Source: Octopus sinensis (Eukaryota). Taken from it: 64,000 nt of DNA. This document shows, in pieces, positions 51,800 to 64,000 of the stretch. Location of the stretch: NCBI RefSeq assembly GCF_006345805.1, contig NC_043009.1:49228001-49292000 (forward strand). Direction: 5' to 3'. Below the pieces are notes generated by a model. That model did not search any database. It was not told where the DNA came from and saw only the letters and a program-made list of their open reading frames with translations. The translations under genes and the position numbers were made by a program. Each line of letters starts with the position of its first letter. The first letter of the stretch is position 1.

Positions 51800-52130
51800 C
51801 CCTGGTCTGGTGGTACGTAAAAAGCACTATCCGACTCGTGGCCGATGCCAGCACCGCTTCGACTGGCTTCCGTGCCGGTGGCACATAAAATACACCAATC
51901 CGACCGTGGTCATTGCCAGCCCCACCTGGCACCTGTGCAGGTGGCACGTAAAAAGCACCCACTACACTCACGGAGTGGTTGGCGTTAGGAAGGGCATCCA
52001 GCTGTAGAAACATTGCCAGATTAGACTGGAGCCTGGTGCAGCCTTCTGGCTTCCCAGATCCCCGGTTGAACCGTCCAACCCATGCTAGCATGGAGAACGG
52101 ACGTTAAACGATGATGATGATGATGATGAT
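51800..52130 (+). mobile_element. SINE family C
   Basis: Internal tandem subrepeats, AGGAAGGGCATCCAGCTG, and an (ATG)n tail. Confidence 0.85.
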
Positions 52131-52199
52131 ACAAATTATAAAAATGATAAAATATATATACAGTACAGTACTGTTTCTGCTTTCAGGATTTTCACTTCC

Positions 52200-52987
52200 C
52201 ATGGAAGGTTTTGGAATGGGCACCGTCTGTAAGAAAAACAGCGCTATGATGCAACTTACTCTGCCAGAAATTTGGAAACAAAATACTGTACTGCTTGGCA
52301 TTCATGCCGGAAGCTCTAATACGAACATTTCAGAGTGTTTGGGTGTCAATCTGAGGACATGTACCAAGAGTGATAAAAATCAAGCAGCCAGTCAACATCA
52401 TGGTGTTTGGAGTGATCACTTGTGATGGTGACGTTATCCCTCCATTCATCTTCCCACGTGGCCTCAGACTCAACACAGGTCTACATCAAGTACCTGGAGG
52501 AGGTAGTGCTGCCCTGGGTCAAGAAGGTGACTGCTGGAACACCCTATGTCTGGCAACAGGACTCTGTACTGTACCACACAAGCAGGAGAACCCAGTCATG
52601 GCTGTCAGACAATTTCTGCGACTACATTAGCCCTAGCATCTGGCCACTCTAACTCCCCAGACTGCAACACCCTTGATTATAATATGTGGGGTGCAGTTGA
52701 AGGAGAGAACAACAAAACTCCTTGTAACACCAAAGTTAAACTGAGAGCAAGAATTATGGCAGCATTCACCAACTTAAAACAAGGAGACCATCCAGAAGAG
52801 TTGCAAGAGATTCCAAAGTCATCTGGCGGCTGTGGTTGAAGCCAATAGCAATTTTATTGAATAAATTTACTCTTTAGTATTTCAAGATATTTTTGTGCAA
52901 TTTTGGTAAATATATCTGTTAAAATGAGATGTCAGTTTTATTTTCATTTTTGCGTAATTTAGACGACAACTTATTCACCTCACCCTG
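52200..52987 (+). pseudogene. maT/DD37D Tc1-mariner transposon, decayed and internally deleted
   Basis: IMVFGVITCDGDVIPPFIF, YVWQQD, and 37 residues to SPDCNTLD after one frameshift. C-terminal LAAVVEAN. Right TIR-like TTATTCACCTCACCCTG. Confidence 0.88.
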
Positions 52988-53011
52988 TGTTTGTGTATGT
53001 ATATACATACA

Positions 53012-53047
<36 letters not shown>

Positions 53048-53189
53048 TGTATGTATGTATGTATGTATGTATGTACATATATATGTATGTATGTATATAT
53101 GTATGTATGTATGTATATATGTATGTATGTATATGTATATATATGCATATATATGTATGTATTATATATGTATGTATGTATATTATATA

Positions 53190-53242
<53 letters not shown>

Positions 53243-53380
53243 ATATATATGTGCATATATATATGTATGCATATATATAGGTATGTACGTATGTATATAT
53301 GTAAGTAAATATATATATATACATACATACATATATGTATGTATTGTATGTATATGTATGTATATATATACATATATATA

Positions 53381-53590
<210 letters not shown>

Positions 53591-54769
53591 TACATACAGA
53601 CGTAACAGATGTATGTATATGCATTATCGACACAACCAACTAACTTGTACCATATATATGAAAAATCTATTTTATCAAATTGCTGAAAATATAAAATTTG
53701 AACTAATAGGATTTTAGAGGAATGCCAAGTTGTGTGTGATGTAGTGTAGTTACTGAAGTTAGTGAAATATCTTCACCTTCACTTAAAATGGAAGCTGAAA
53801 ATAAAATATTTATGTTCAAACCTGGTAATTTTACAAGATTGCTTTTGATCTTAATGTCTAAACAGTCGGAGCGTAAATTCAGCAGTAGATAGGCTGAAAT
53901 AGTCATAGACTAAAGCTGTTTGACAATAATTTTATTGAAATTATTAGGAATGCGTTGGATGTATATGGGTGGGTAGATGAACGAAGGGAAATAACCAATG
54001 CCTATTTCTCAATACATTTTGCTCATAAACCAATATCAGGTTCCGCTCTTGTGCTTTTAGCACTTCGACATCATTAAGTGAAGTTTAATAATAGTCATCA
54101 TCTCGTCTGGAGATTGGCTTCATGGCACTGGAAATCTTTCCGACAGTCTATCAGCGTATATTTTAGTTGACCGACAATTCTGTGTTCTGTGGCTTCTGCT
54201 TTTCTACAGCTTGGAAAATTAGGGGTAGTATTTAACTTTTATGTTCTTCTATCTTGCTGAGAAATTGATTTGGCTGATCTCTAACATGGCTTTTGCTTAC
54301 TGTTTATTCCTGTAATAGTTTTCTATGACAGCTACCAGCAGTAAATTGTACATATTCTTGGAAATCTTCTTCACAGAATCAACTTTTCTACTTCAGTTAA
54401 TGGGCCAAACAACTCAGAGTCTTCGTAGCATCGATAAATCAAAAGTTGAATGGTTATGGTAATGATGTTTCTGATTATGAGGGGGAGGTGATGTTGGTGA
54501 ATGGGGAGCATGTTGGTGAAGTGGAGTAATAGTATTGGGGTTGGTGTTCGTGTTGGTGATAGTATTCGAACCGGTGTGTGGTGTTGGTACTGGTATTGGT
54601 GCTAAAGCAATGCTGGAAACAGTGATAGTGGAAGATTGTCAGGAAGAAAAATTATCTGAGTTTGAATACATTTCTGCCACAACTTTTCATGCAACGTCAG
54701 CAAAATTGTTTTACTGAACTTTAGTTGAAGTCTAAAAGTTTACTGAGACAAAAGACAAACACAGTATTT

Positions 54770-55240
54770 GATTCCATTTCTTCTCCCTCCCCGACACATA
54801 AAACAACATTTTTCCTATATTGTTAGTCTGATTTCTGTTTTATTTTTCTCTGGCACATAAACCCAATTTTTTCCTTTATTATTACGAATACATTTCTTTT
54901 TGCCCCGGCACATAAACCCAGATTTTTCCTATATTATTACAATCTGATTTCTGTTTTATTTTTTCTGGTACATAAACCCAAATTTTTCCTATATCATTAT
55001 AAATACATTTCTTTTTGCCCTGGCACATAAACCCAGATTTTTCCTATATTATTACAACCTGATGTATATGTTTTTTCCCTGGCACATAAACCCAGATTTT
55101 TCCTATATTATTACAACCTGATGTCTGTGTTTTTTCCTGGTACATAAACCCAGATTTTTCTTATACTATATTATTACAATTAGATTTCTTTTGCACTGAT
55201 ACACAGAACCAGAATTTTTCCTATACTATTACAATATGAC
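54770..55240. repeat. ~55-60 bp minisatellite (about 8 units)
   Basis: Recurrent GGCACATAAACCCAGATTTTTCCTATATTATTAC. Confidence 0.85.
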
Positions 55241-55937
55241 ACTGATATTGTTACACTGACACACAAATACATAACACTGTCTGAAACTCTACCATTACCT
55301 CATCTCAAATACAGATTGAAATATGAGACTAATTCTGTTAAAACTGCTATATTCAAAAGATCAAGAAGTCATCTCGAATTGAGTAGCATCCTGCCAAAAT
55401 TTCAATTCTCATTTTAACCCTTTCATTACTATATTTCTGACCAAACTATATTATTTCAATTATTCTGTCTATGATCCCAGGAACATGTATGAATATCTCA
55501 TCATTTCATTTTACCATATTCCTTCCACTAAAAATATAGAACTATTCCTCTATATCAAAAAAAAGAGATTATTTTTATTTAGACTCTAATAGGAAAGCTG
55601 GTGTTAATTTTGAGATTTCAGTCATCTCTCTACCTGATTACCTACCTACCTACCCCAATCATATCTTTAACTATCAACCTGGCCTTGTTGCTACTGACCT
55701 ATCCAGTCAATGTCTCAACCCCAACTATCCAAACATTTTTGTAGTCACCTACCCAGTTATATCTGTAGCTGCCTGCCAAATATATCTCAAACTACCGACC
55801 TAGTCAATGTTCCCAGCTACCAACCCAGGCATGCCCTTACCTACAAACCCAGCCTTGTTACAAGCTATCAACCTAATGAATGTCCTTAATAATCCCTAGT
55901 CTCATCCTTAGTTACCTACCTAGTCGATGCCTCTAGC

Positions 55938-56830
55938 TACCTAGCAATCATGCCTCTTGCTACCTAGCAATCATGTCTCTAGCTACCTAGCAATCATGCC
56001 TCTTGCTACCTAGCAATCATGTCTCTAGCTACCTACCAATCATGTCTCTTGCTATCTACCTAGCAATCATGTCTCTAGCTACCTAGCAATCATGTCTCTA
56101 GCTACCTAGCAATCATGCCTCTAGCTACCTAGCAATTGTGTCACTTGCTACCTAGCAATCATGCCTCTAGCTACCTAGCAATCATGTCTCTAGCTACCTA
56201 CCAATCATGTCTCTTGCTACCTACCTAGCAATCATGTCTCTAGCTACCTAGCAATCATGCCTCTTGCTATCTAGCAATCATGTCACTTGCTACCTAGCAA
56301 TCATGCCTCTTGCTATCTACTAATCAAGTCTCTAGCTACCTAGCATTTATGCCTCTTGTTTCCTAGCAATCATGCCTCTTGCTTCCTAGCAATCATGTCT
56401 CTTGCTACCTACCTAGCAATCATGTCTCTAGCTACCTACCAATCATGTCTCTTGCTACCTACCTAGCAATCATGCCTCTAGCTACCTAGCAATCATGCCT
56501 CTTGCTATCTAGCAATCATATCACTTGCTACCTAGCAATCATGCCTCTTGCTATCTACCAATCAAGTCTCTAGCTACCTAGCATTTATGCCTCTTGTTTC
56601 CTAGCAATCATGCCTCTAGCTACCTACCAATCATATCTCTTGCTACCTACCTAGCAATCATGTCTCTAGCTACCTAGCAATCATGCCTCTTGCTTCCTAG
56701 CAATCATGCCTCTTGCTTCCTAGCAATCATGCCTCTTGCTACCTACCAATCAAGTCTCTAGCTACTGAGCATTTATGCCTCTTGTTTCCTAGCAATCATT
56801 CCTCTTGATTCCTAGCAATCATGTCTGTAG
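55938..56830. repeat. 23-bp minisatellite (about 39 units) with variant units
   Basis: CTACCTAGCAATCATG(C/T)CTCT(T/A)G, with 27-bp variants. Confidence 0.95.
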
Positions 56831-57795
56831 CTATCTACCAAGTCAATATCCCAAGCTGACCCCCCCTCCACTGCCACTCTCACTCTTCCTTGGTCATGGA
56901 TCATGTCTATAGATATATTCTATTTTTGCATTGAATGACAGCAATAAAGTAAAGTGGTCAATTGTTTATTTATTTGTTCCCATAATCAGCAGTTGACGTT
57001 AGCCTTTTGTTTTTTATTATTTTTATTTATTCATTTCCTGTTTTATTATTTTGTTTATTTGTTTGTTTGGTTTCTTTTTTTTGTGTGTGTGTAGCCAGGA
57101 ATTGATTTTTCTTTTTTTTCTTTTTCTTTTTTTTTTTTTCTACAAGCTAAAATCAAACCTTCTATTTCAACCATTATTCCCAAGCTTTTGAGCCATTGTT
57201 ACCTTTCATATTAGCTCATTTCCTCTCTGACCGGTCTTCCACGATACCGATCATGGAAGTGATTTTCTCTCTGTTCTCTTTCCTTTATCATTTCTTTTGT
57301 TTTTTTTGTTATTTCATTTCATTTCACTTTTTGTATTTTTTGTTATATATTTTTTTTTTCCTGTTGTTTTGTTCTTATCTAAACCTATTTCTTTAGTGTA
57401 ATTAGCTTTCAGTTTGTATTTTATTGTTTCCTTATATAGAGAGAAAAGCTATTTTTATTTTTATTTTTTTGTTTTGTACTTCATCATCATCTTTTTCTTT
57501 ATTTTTTTTTATTTTTTCCATGCTGCCTTATTATACTAATTACTCTATCTTTGCTTGCTTCTAAATATTTTTCTAGATCCATTGTGGTTACTTCATGATA
57601 GTTTTCTATCTGTATCAGGTCTTTTTATCCCCTGTGCACTTGGTCAGCTATATATATATATATATATACACATACTCTATACGCTATCTCTGTATCAGTA
57701 TTATATGCACTATATATACATTTACATATGTGAGTGAGTGTGTGTATGTGTGTGCATGTATATGTATGTATATAAATGTGTGTAGTACATATATA

Positions 57796-57837
<42 letters not shown>

Positions 57838-58584
57838 TACACACACACAAAGACACACAAGCATGCATGTACACACACACACCATATATGTATGTATATA
57901 AATGTGTGTATGTACATATATATATGTATGTATATATACACACACAAAGACACAAGCACGCACGTGCACACACACACCATATATGTATGTATATAAATGT
58001 ATGTACATATATATATATATATATATATAATATATATATATATGTATATATACACACACAAAGATACAAAGCATGCACGTGCACAGACACTCACTATAAT
58101 GCATGTATATATATATGTGTATGTGTGTGTAAATACATATATAGATAGATAGATATAGATCAGACTGGAGCTTGGTGCAGCCTCCTGACTTCCGGACCCC
58201 AGTCGAAATATCCAACCCATGCCAGCATGGAAAACTGATGGTAAACGATGATGATGAGGATTATTATATTATATATATATATATTATATATATATATATA
58301 CTTATAGATTATATATATGTATGTTATATCTATGGATCAGCTTCAGAATGGCAATTTCAAAATGTTGTCGCTTGTTTTCTGGTATTTTAATCAAAATTTT
58401 TCAATTCATTCAAATCCCATTTTATTATAATTAAAATTGTAATTTAAGGTATTCAAATACAAAATCTTACTTTTGGCTTTGAATTCATCCAGGTTTTAAC
58501 GTTTGTCTGACTCTTCTCTCTCAGCCATTTCTGGTTTTCCAGTTTTTTCCTTGAGATCTCTGTGTCTATTGCATTGCATCAGTT

Positions 58585-58920
58585 ATCATCATCATCATCA
58601 CCGTTTAACGTCAGCTTTCCATGCTGTCATTGATTGGCTGGTTTGACTGAGGAGTGGCAAACCAGAAGACTGCACCAGGCTCCAGTCTGATCTGGCAGTG
58701 TTTCTACAGCTAGATGCCCTTCCTAACGCCAACCCCTCCGTGAGTGTAGTGGGTGCTTTGTACATGCCACTGGCATGGGAGCCAGCCAGAGGGTACTGGC
58801 ATAAACCACATATGGATGGTGCTTTGTACATGTCACTGGTATGGGAGCCAGTCAGGGGGTACTGGCATCGACCATGTTGGGATGGTGCTTTTTACGTGCC
58901 ACCGGCATGGGAACCAGCCA
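58585..58920 (-). mobile_element. SINE family C with three ~66-bp internal repeats
   Basis: GGTGCTTT..AC.TG.CAC.GG.ATGGGA.CCAG.CAG occurs three times at 58752-58920. Confidence 0.8.
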
Positions 58921-59900
58921 GAGGATCACGGTCAGAGGATCGCGGTTTCAATTCCCAGGCCAGGTGTTGTGAGTGTTTATTGAGTGAAAACATCTAAAAT
59001 CTCCACGAGGCTCCGGCAGGGGGTGGTGGCGACCCCTGTTGTACTCTTTCGCCACAACTTTCTCTCACTCTCTCTTCCTGTTTCTTGGGTAGCGCCTTGA
59101 TGGACTGGCGTTCCGTTCAGCTAGGGAGGAACATATACGCCACAGAAACCGGGAAACCGGGCCCATGAGCCTAGCTAGGCTTGAAAAGGGCAACAAGAAT
59201 ATATGTATATATCTATATGTGCATCTTTGTGTCTGTGTTGTTGCCCCATCATCACTTGACAACTGGTGTTGGTGTGTTTATGTCCCTGTAACTTAGCAAT
59301 TCAGAAAAAAAAAGAGACCAATAGACTAAGTACTAGGCTTACAAAGAACAAGTCCTGGGTTTCATTTGTTTAACCAAAAACTCTTTTAAATGTGGTGTTC
59401 CAGCATGGCTGTAGCCAAATGACTGAAACAAGTAAAAGAATAAAAGAAAATAGGTTTTAACCCTTTTCTTACCACACCTGCGTTAAAATACCTTTATTTC
59501 AATTAATTTTGAAAATATCAAACAATTTACTAAAATAACTCTGTCATCATTAAGCTGATGTTTGAAACATAATTAGCATGAAATTTATTAGAAAGCTTTT
59601 ATTAGATGGTTTTAGTTATTAGAAATATAACTGGTTATATGTAAATGCACGTGACCCGGTAGTTAGGATGTTGCAATTAAGATAGCTAGAATATGGGTTT
59701 GATTTCTGGACTGAGTGGTGTGTTGTGTTCTCGAGCAAAACACTTCATTCATGTTGCACCAGTTCAATGGTAACCCTGCAAAAGAGATGCCTTCTAATAT
59801 GGGAGAAGGTTGGCTTGTCTGCCTAACCAGTGGGGTAGCATCGTTCAAAAGCTAAAATAATGAGAAATGCATTGTGACCAACAATCATCGTCATCGTTGT

Positions 59901-60129
59901 TTAACCCTTTAATTACTGTATATATTTTAAGATGTTCTGTGTTTCTTTCAATTTCTTTAAATATATCAAAGAATTTAGTAAAATAACTTAGTTATCATTA
60001 AGCTAGTGTTAGGAACATAAATTGTGACTAAGGTTTGGTGGAAGATTTAAATTCAAAACTTATGAAAGCAAGACATTTGTACTACAGAGCCAGAGCCAGT
60101 TTCAGCTGCGTTGGTAACGAAAGGGTTAA
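59901..60129. mobile_element. piggyBac-type MITE inserted in a SINE C tail
   Basis: TTAA-CCCTTT ... AAAGGG-TTAA. The host reads CATCGTTGT|TTAA|TGTCCGCTTTCCATGC once the insert is removed. Confidence 0.8.
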
Positions 60130-61166
60130 TGTCCGCTTTCCATGCTAGCATGGGTTGAATGATTTGACTGATGGCTGGAAAGCCAGAAAGCTGCACCAGG
60201 CTCCAATCTGATCTGGCAAAATTTCTACAGCTGGATGCCCTTCCTAATGCCAACCACTCTGAGAGTGTAGTGGGTGCTTTCTACATGCCACCAGCATGAT
60301 ATGCCACCAGTACATGCTACCAACAATGTATAACGATATTCAATAGTCTGGTCAGTCAAGTGGCCACATGATAATTCAATATTCTGACTAAACTTTACTT
60401 CCCTCACTTTTCAATTATGGTCTTCCAAAATCTTTATTCAGCTGCTCAAGACCCCTCTTCCACTGTTGGTCCTTGGTTCCTTTTTACTCTACTTTTAATG
60501 GTAAGGAGCTCTAGGGACCATGAAATACCAGGTTATCATCCCATGGCACTAAGTCTGCCTTGTGGACAGGGTGATACTTTAGCCTTGGTTGGTAGCCCTT
60601 CCTACAGAGGCTGTCTCAATAAAAACACTATTGGTTGTGTCACCTTATCACATCATTTATGTGTGTAACGTCAAATAAAATTTAATGTCACAACTGTATC
60701 AACTCTTTAGTATTTGAACTGGCCATATCTAGCCCAAATATCTTACATGTTTTGTGCTCGCACTTCACCTACAATGCCATTCTAAAAATACACAATCAAA
60801 TCATTTAAATCTCAAAGCTATAAGATAACACTGGATTAATTCCAAACAATGTGAATAAATAAACATTACATTTGAGAGAATAATCTGAAACTAAAGGGTT
60901 AAGGAAACTAGATCCTTAAGTGAAGCCCTCTAACTTTAGCAAGTGTCCTATTTTGCAGTAGGATGGGCCTGGTTGTTATTCAACTACTGCTGCAAGGTTC
61001 TGGAGAAGCTGGTCCCAAAATGACAATAGAATTGTCATGGAAGTCTACTAAAGGAGTGAACCTGACAAAATAGAATATGAAATAAATATATAAAAAAGAA
61101 AAGAATGCATAAGATATGGAATATGGATCAGAAAGATTTGATGTTATTTTGTTTTTATTTTTACAG

Positions 61167-61334
61167 AAAGCTTTGTTCTGTGATTGAGAATATATATCAA
61201 ATGGTGAGAAAACAATAGCTGTCTTAGCTGGAGTTAGAAAAGACCGTCAGAGCTGCGGAAGATGAAGAATATAGTCACACATAGGAAAGGAAATTGAATA
61301 AGAAATGGAAGAAAGATCAATGAATCATCAGGAG
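61167..61334 (+). other. Candidate non-coding exon
   Basis: Acceptor TTTTGTTTTTATTTTTACAG and donor GAG|GTAAGT. All three frames contain stops. Confidence 0.3.
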
Positions 61335-61398
61335 GTAAGTAGTAGTAGTAGTAGTAGTGGTGGTGGTGGTGGTGGTGGTGGTGGTGGTGGTGGTGGTA

Positions 61399-61431
<33 letters not shown>

Positions 61432-61480
61432 GCAGTGAGAGCAAAAATAAGCTTTACTTCAGAGGTAAGTAGTAGTGGTG

Positions 61481-61531
<51 letters not shown>

Positions 61532-61959
61532 ATGAGAGCAAGAATAAGCTTTACTTCAGACAATGAACTATTATTAGAGAAGAAAGAAGGAGCTGACATA
61601 TAGACGAGACATGAAATAGGGACAGAACAAGGATGACCAGCTTTGTGTGAAAAGGAAAAGTTATGAAAAGTGGGAATGAAACTGGATAAACCATTAGCAA
61701 AAAATTCAAATTGAAACTATAAGAGATTGTTGAAGTGTTAGAGATTTACAGCTCTTTGCAGTATTTGTTGGTATCGAGTGATTCTTTCCTAATACTGCCT
61801 ACCTTGTGTTTAAATCAGAAAATATTATTAAAAGCAATAAAAATGGTCAAGGTACTTTCTTGGGTCATGCTGACTCACAAGGGCCAGTTTTCTGGTTTAC
61901 ATGGTGTATAGATGCCCCCCACCTGGATAGGATGCTGGTCAGTCGCAAGATTACTCTCT

Positions 61960-62178
61960 TTTACTTTCTTTTACTTGTTTCAGTCGTTTGACTGTAGCCA
62001 TGCTGGAGCACTGCCTTTAGTCGAGCAAATCAACCCCAGGACTTATTCTTTGTAAGCCTAGTACTTATTCTATCGGTCTGTTTTGCCGAACGACTAAGTT
62101 ACGGGTATGTAAACACACAACCATCGGTTGTCAAGCGATGTTGGGGGTACAAACACAGGCACACAAACATATACACTC

Positions 62179-62215
<37 letters not shown>

Positions 62216-62406
62216 TATATAAATATATTTGAATATATACATATATACAACGGGCTTCTTTCAGTTTCAATCTACCAAATCCACTCACAAGGCTTTGGTC
62301 GGCCTGAGGCTATAGTAGAAGACACTTGCCCAAGGTACCATGCAGTGGGAGTGACCCCGGAACCATGTGGTTCGTAAGCAAGCTACTTACCACACAGCCA
62401 CTCCTG
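61960..62406 (-). mobile_element. Full-length SINE family A
   Basis: Head at 62406 (GGAGTGGCTGTGTGGTAAG) through to the tail. Confidence 0.88.
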
Positions 62407-64000
62407 TTAATGTTTTAAAAACTGAAAGAGGAATCTGAAAGAAACAAGCAGACAAAAATCAGAGAGCATCTGCATACTGGTTGGACTTTCTAGAAGCAAC
62501 ACCAAAAATCTGTCTCATATCACAACTCACTGTTTTTAACGATTGAAGGCGGAATCTGAAAGGAGAAAATGAACGCAAAGAGGTTGGTCAGGATTGGAAG
62601 ATCTTTGACCATAGGTCTGCTCTTGAATAAAGATGAGCTTGGATAAACAACAACAACAATAACAACAAACTAACCAACTACCCAACAAGCCAACCAGTTC
62701 TTAGTAACCAAATATTATTTCTTCGTAATTCCTTAAAATTCCTACAGCTTGTCAAAGAAGAAAGATATTTGAGTGGATCAAAAGGCTTTGAAGAATTACA
62801 AATTTTCTTTGCTCTTGAGATCTCCTCAACCAATTTTCAGTAGGGTTTACAAGAACCCAAAACTCTCAGAATCTCTCTTTTTTCTTTCTTTTTTCTTTTT
62901 TTTTTTTTTTTGGTTCCTTATTTCCTTAAAATTCCCTTAAACTGACTGATTTTCTAAGAATCATATTTCATTTATAAAAGAATCATGTTAATCCCAGAAC
63001 AAGACAACTTCACAAGATTCTCTAGATGTCTTCTAGTTAACCAAACCAAAGATCCGTTCTTCTTTTCTTACTTTCTTTCCTTTTTTTTCTTCTTCTTTCA
63101 TACTGAAGAAACTATCAGATGTGTGAATATTGATCCATGTTCAAACAGACATCCGATAATTTTACAAATGTAAGCAACATCTTGGAAGGTTCATGGGTGA
63201 GGCTGAGGAGAAACTGAAGTAGATCAGAAAAAGGTGACTACTATGATGATGATGAGGATGATGGTGGTGGTGGTGGTGGTGGTGGTGGTGGTGGTGGTGA
63301 TGATTATGATGAGGAGGATGACATTGACCATGTCAATAATGATAATGATAATGATGATGACGAGGATAATAATGATGATGATGGTGATTGTGGTGGTGGT
63401 GGTAGTCACCATCACCACCACCACCACCACCACCATCATCATCATTGTCATCATCACCATCATAATCATCATCATCATTGTTATCATCGCTATCATCATC
63501 ATCATCATTATCGTCATCATCATTATCACCATCACCATCATCATCACAACCACCACCACCGTAACCACCACAACCACCACCACCATCATCATCATCATTA
63601 TAATCTAACACACCTTTTTCCATGCTGGCTTGGGTTAAACAGTTTTTTCAACAGGATCCGATGGGTCCAAGAACTGCATCGCGCTCCAGTATCTTCTTTG
63701 GCCTGGTTTCCACAACTGGATGCCCTTCCTAATGCCCAACCACTTTATAGCACATATACTCAGTGCTTTTATCATGCGATCAACACTATTGATTCTGGCG
63801 ACCGTAAAGAAGGATTGTGATGTCCAAGACTTTCCCAATATTTTTAACTGAAGATGTGAAAACCATCATACCACTGGATGTCATTAATTCAACAATATCA
63901 TAAATACCACCTTTTATTCAACAGCCATTTCTATTAATAACATTAGTTTAGCAATAATATAAATTTACTCTCCTTCCATGACAATCCTATCTTATTTTTA

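Noticed and set aside
53720-54720. Decayed retroelement ORF on the minus strand
   Set aside because: It looks coding-like, but there are many stops and no motif I can name.
55938-56830. CRISPR-like array
   Set aside because: The 23-bp units are contiguous with no unique spacers, the context is eukaryotic, and there are no cas genes.

Overview
Repeat-dominated, AT-rich eukaryotic (metazoan) DNA, most consistent with an intronic or intergenic region of an octopod cephalopod genome. That assignment is an inference from the microsatellite density and the SINE types. No host protein-coding gene can be identified with confidence, and almost all ORFs in the supplied track are microsatellite translations. 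The window contains dozens of tRNA-derived SINE copies from at least four families (labelled A-D here). It also contains an RTE-clade LINE 3' end encoding three tandem C2H2 fingers and two Tx1/L1-clade non-LTR elements. One Tx1 copy is inserted inside a (GATA)n array. The other is nearly full length but lacks the RT core, has ~140-bp 5'UTR monomers, and has ORF1 split by a TTAGGG-bearing insertion. Mariner, maT/DD37D, pogo/Tc1, hAT, piggyBac-type and Helentron-type remnants, several 90-290 bp palindromes, a 23-bp minisatellite and a 100-N gap are also present. The most interesting signal is a set of six minimal type I hammerhead ribozyme folds from three Penelope-like tail families, next to (TA)n tracts. 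They include a divergent inverted pair and a recurrent CCGANGA core variant. Family names and ribozyme activity are inferred by eye; no alignment, folding or database search was run. SINE boundaries are approximate (about +/-15 bp).
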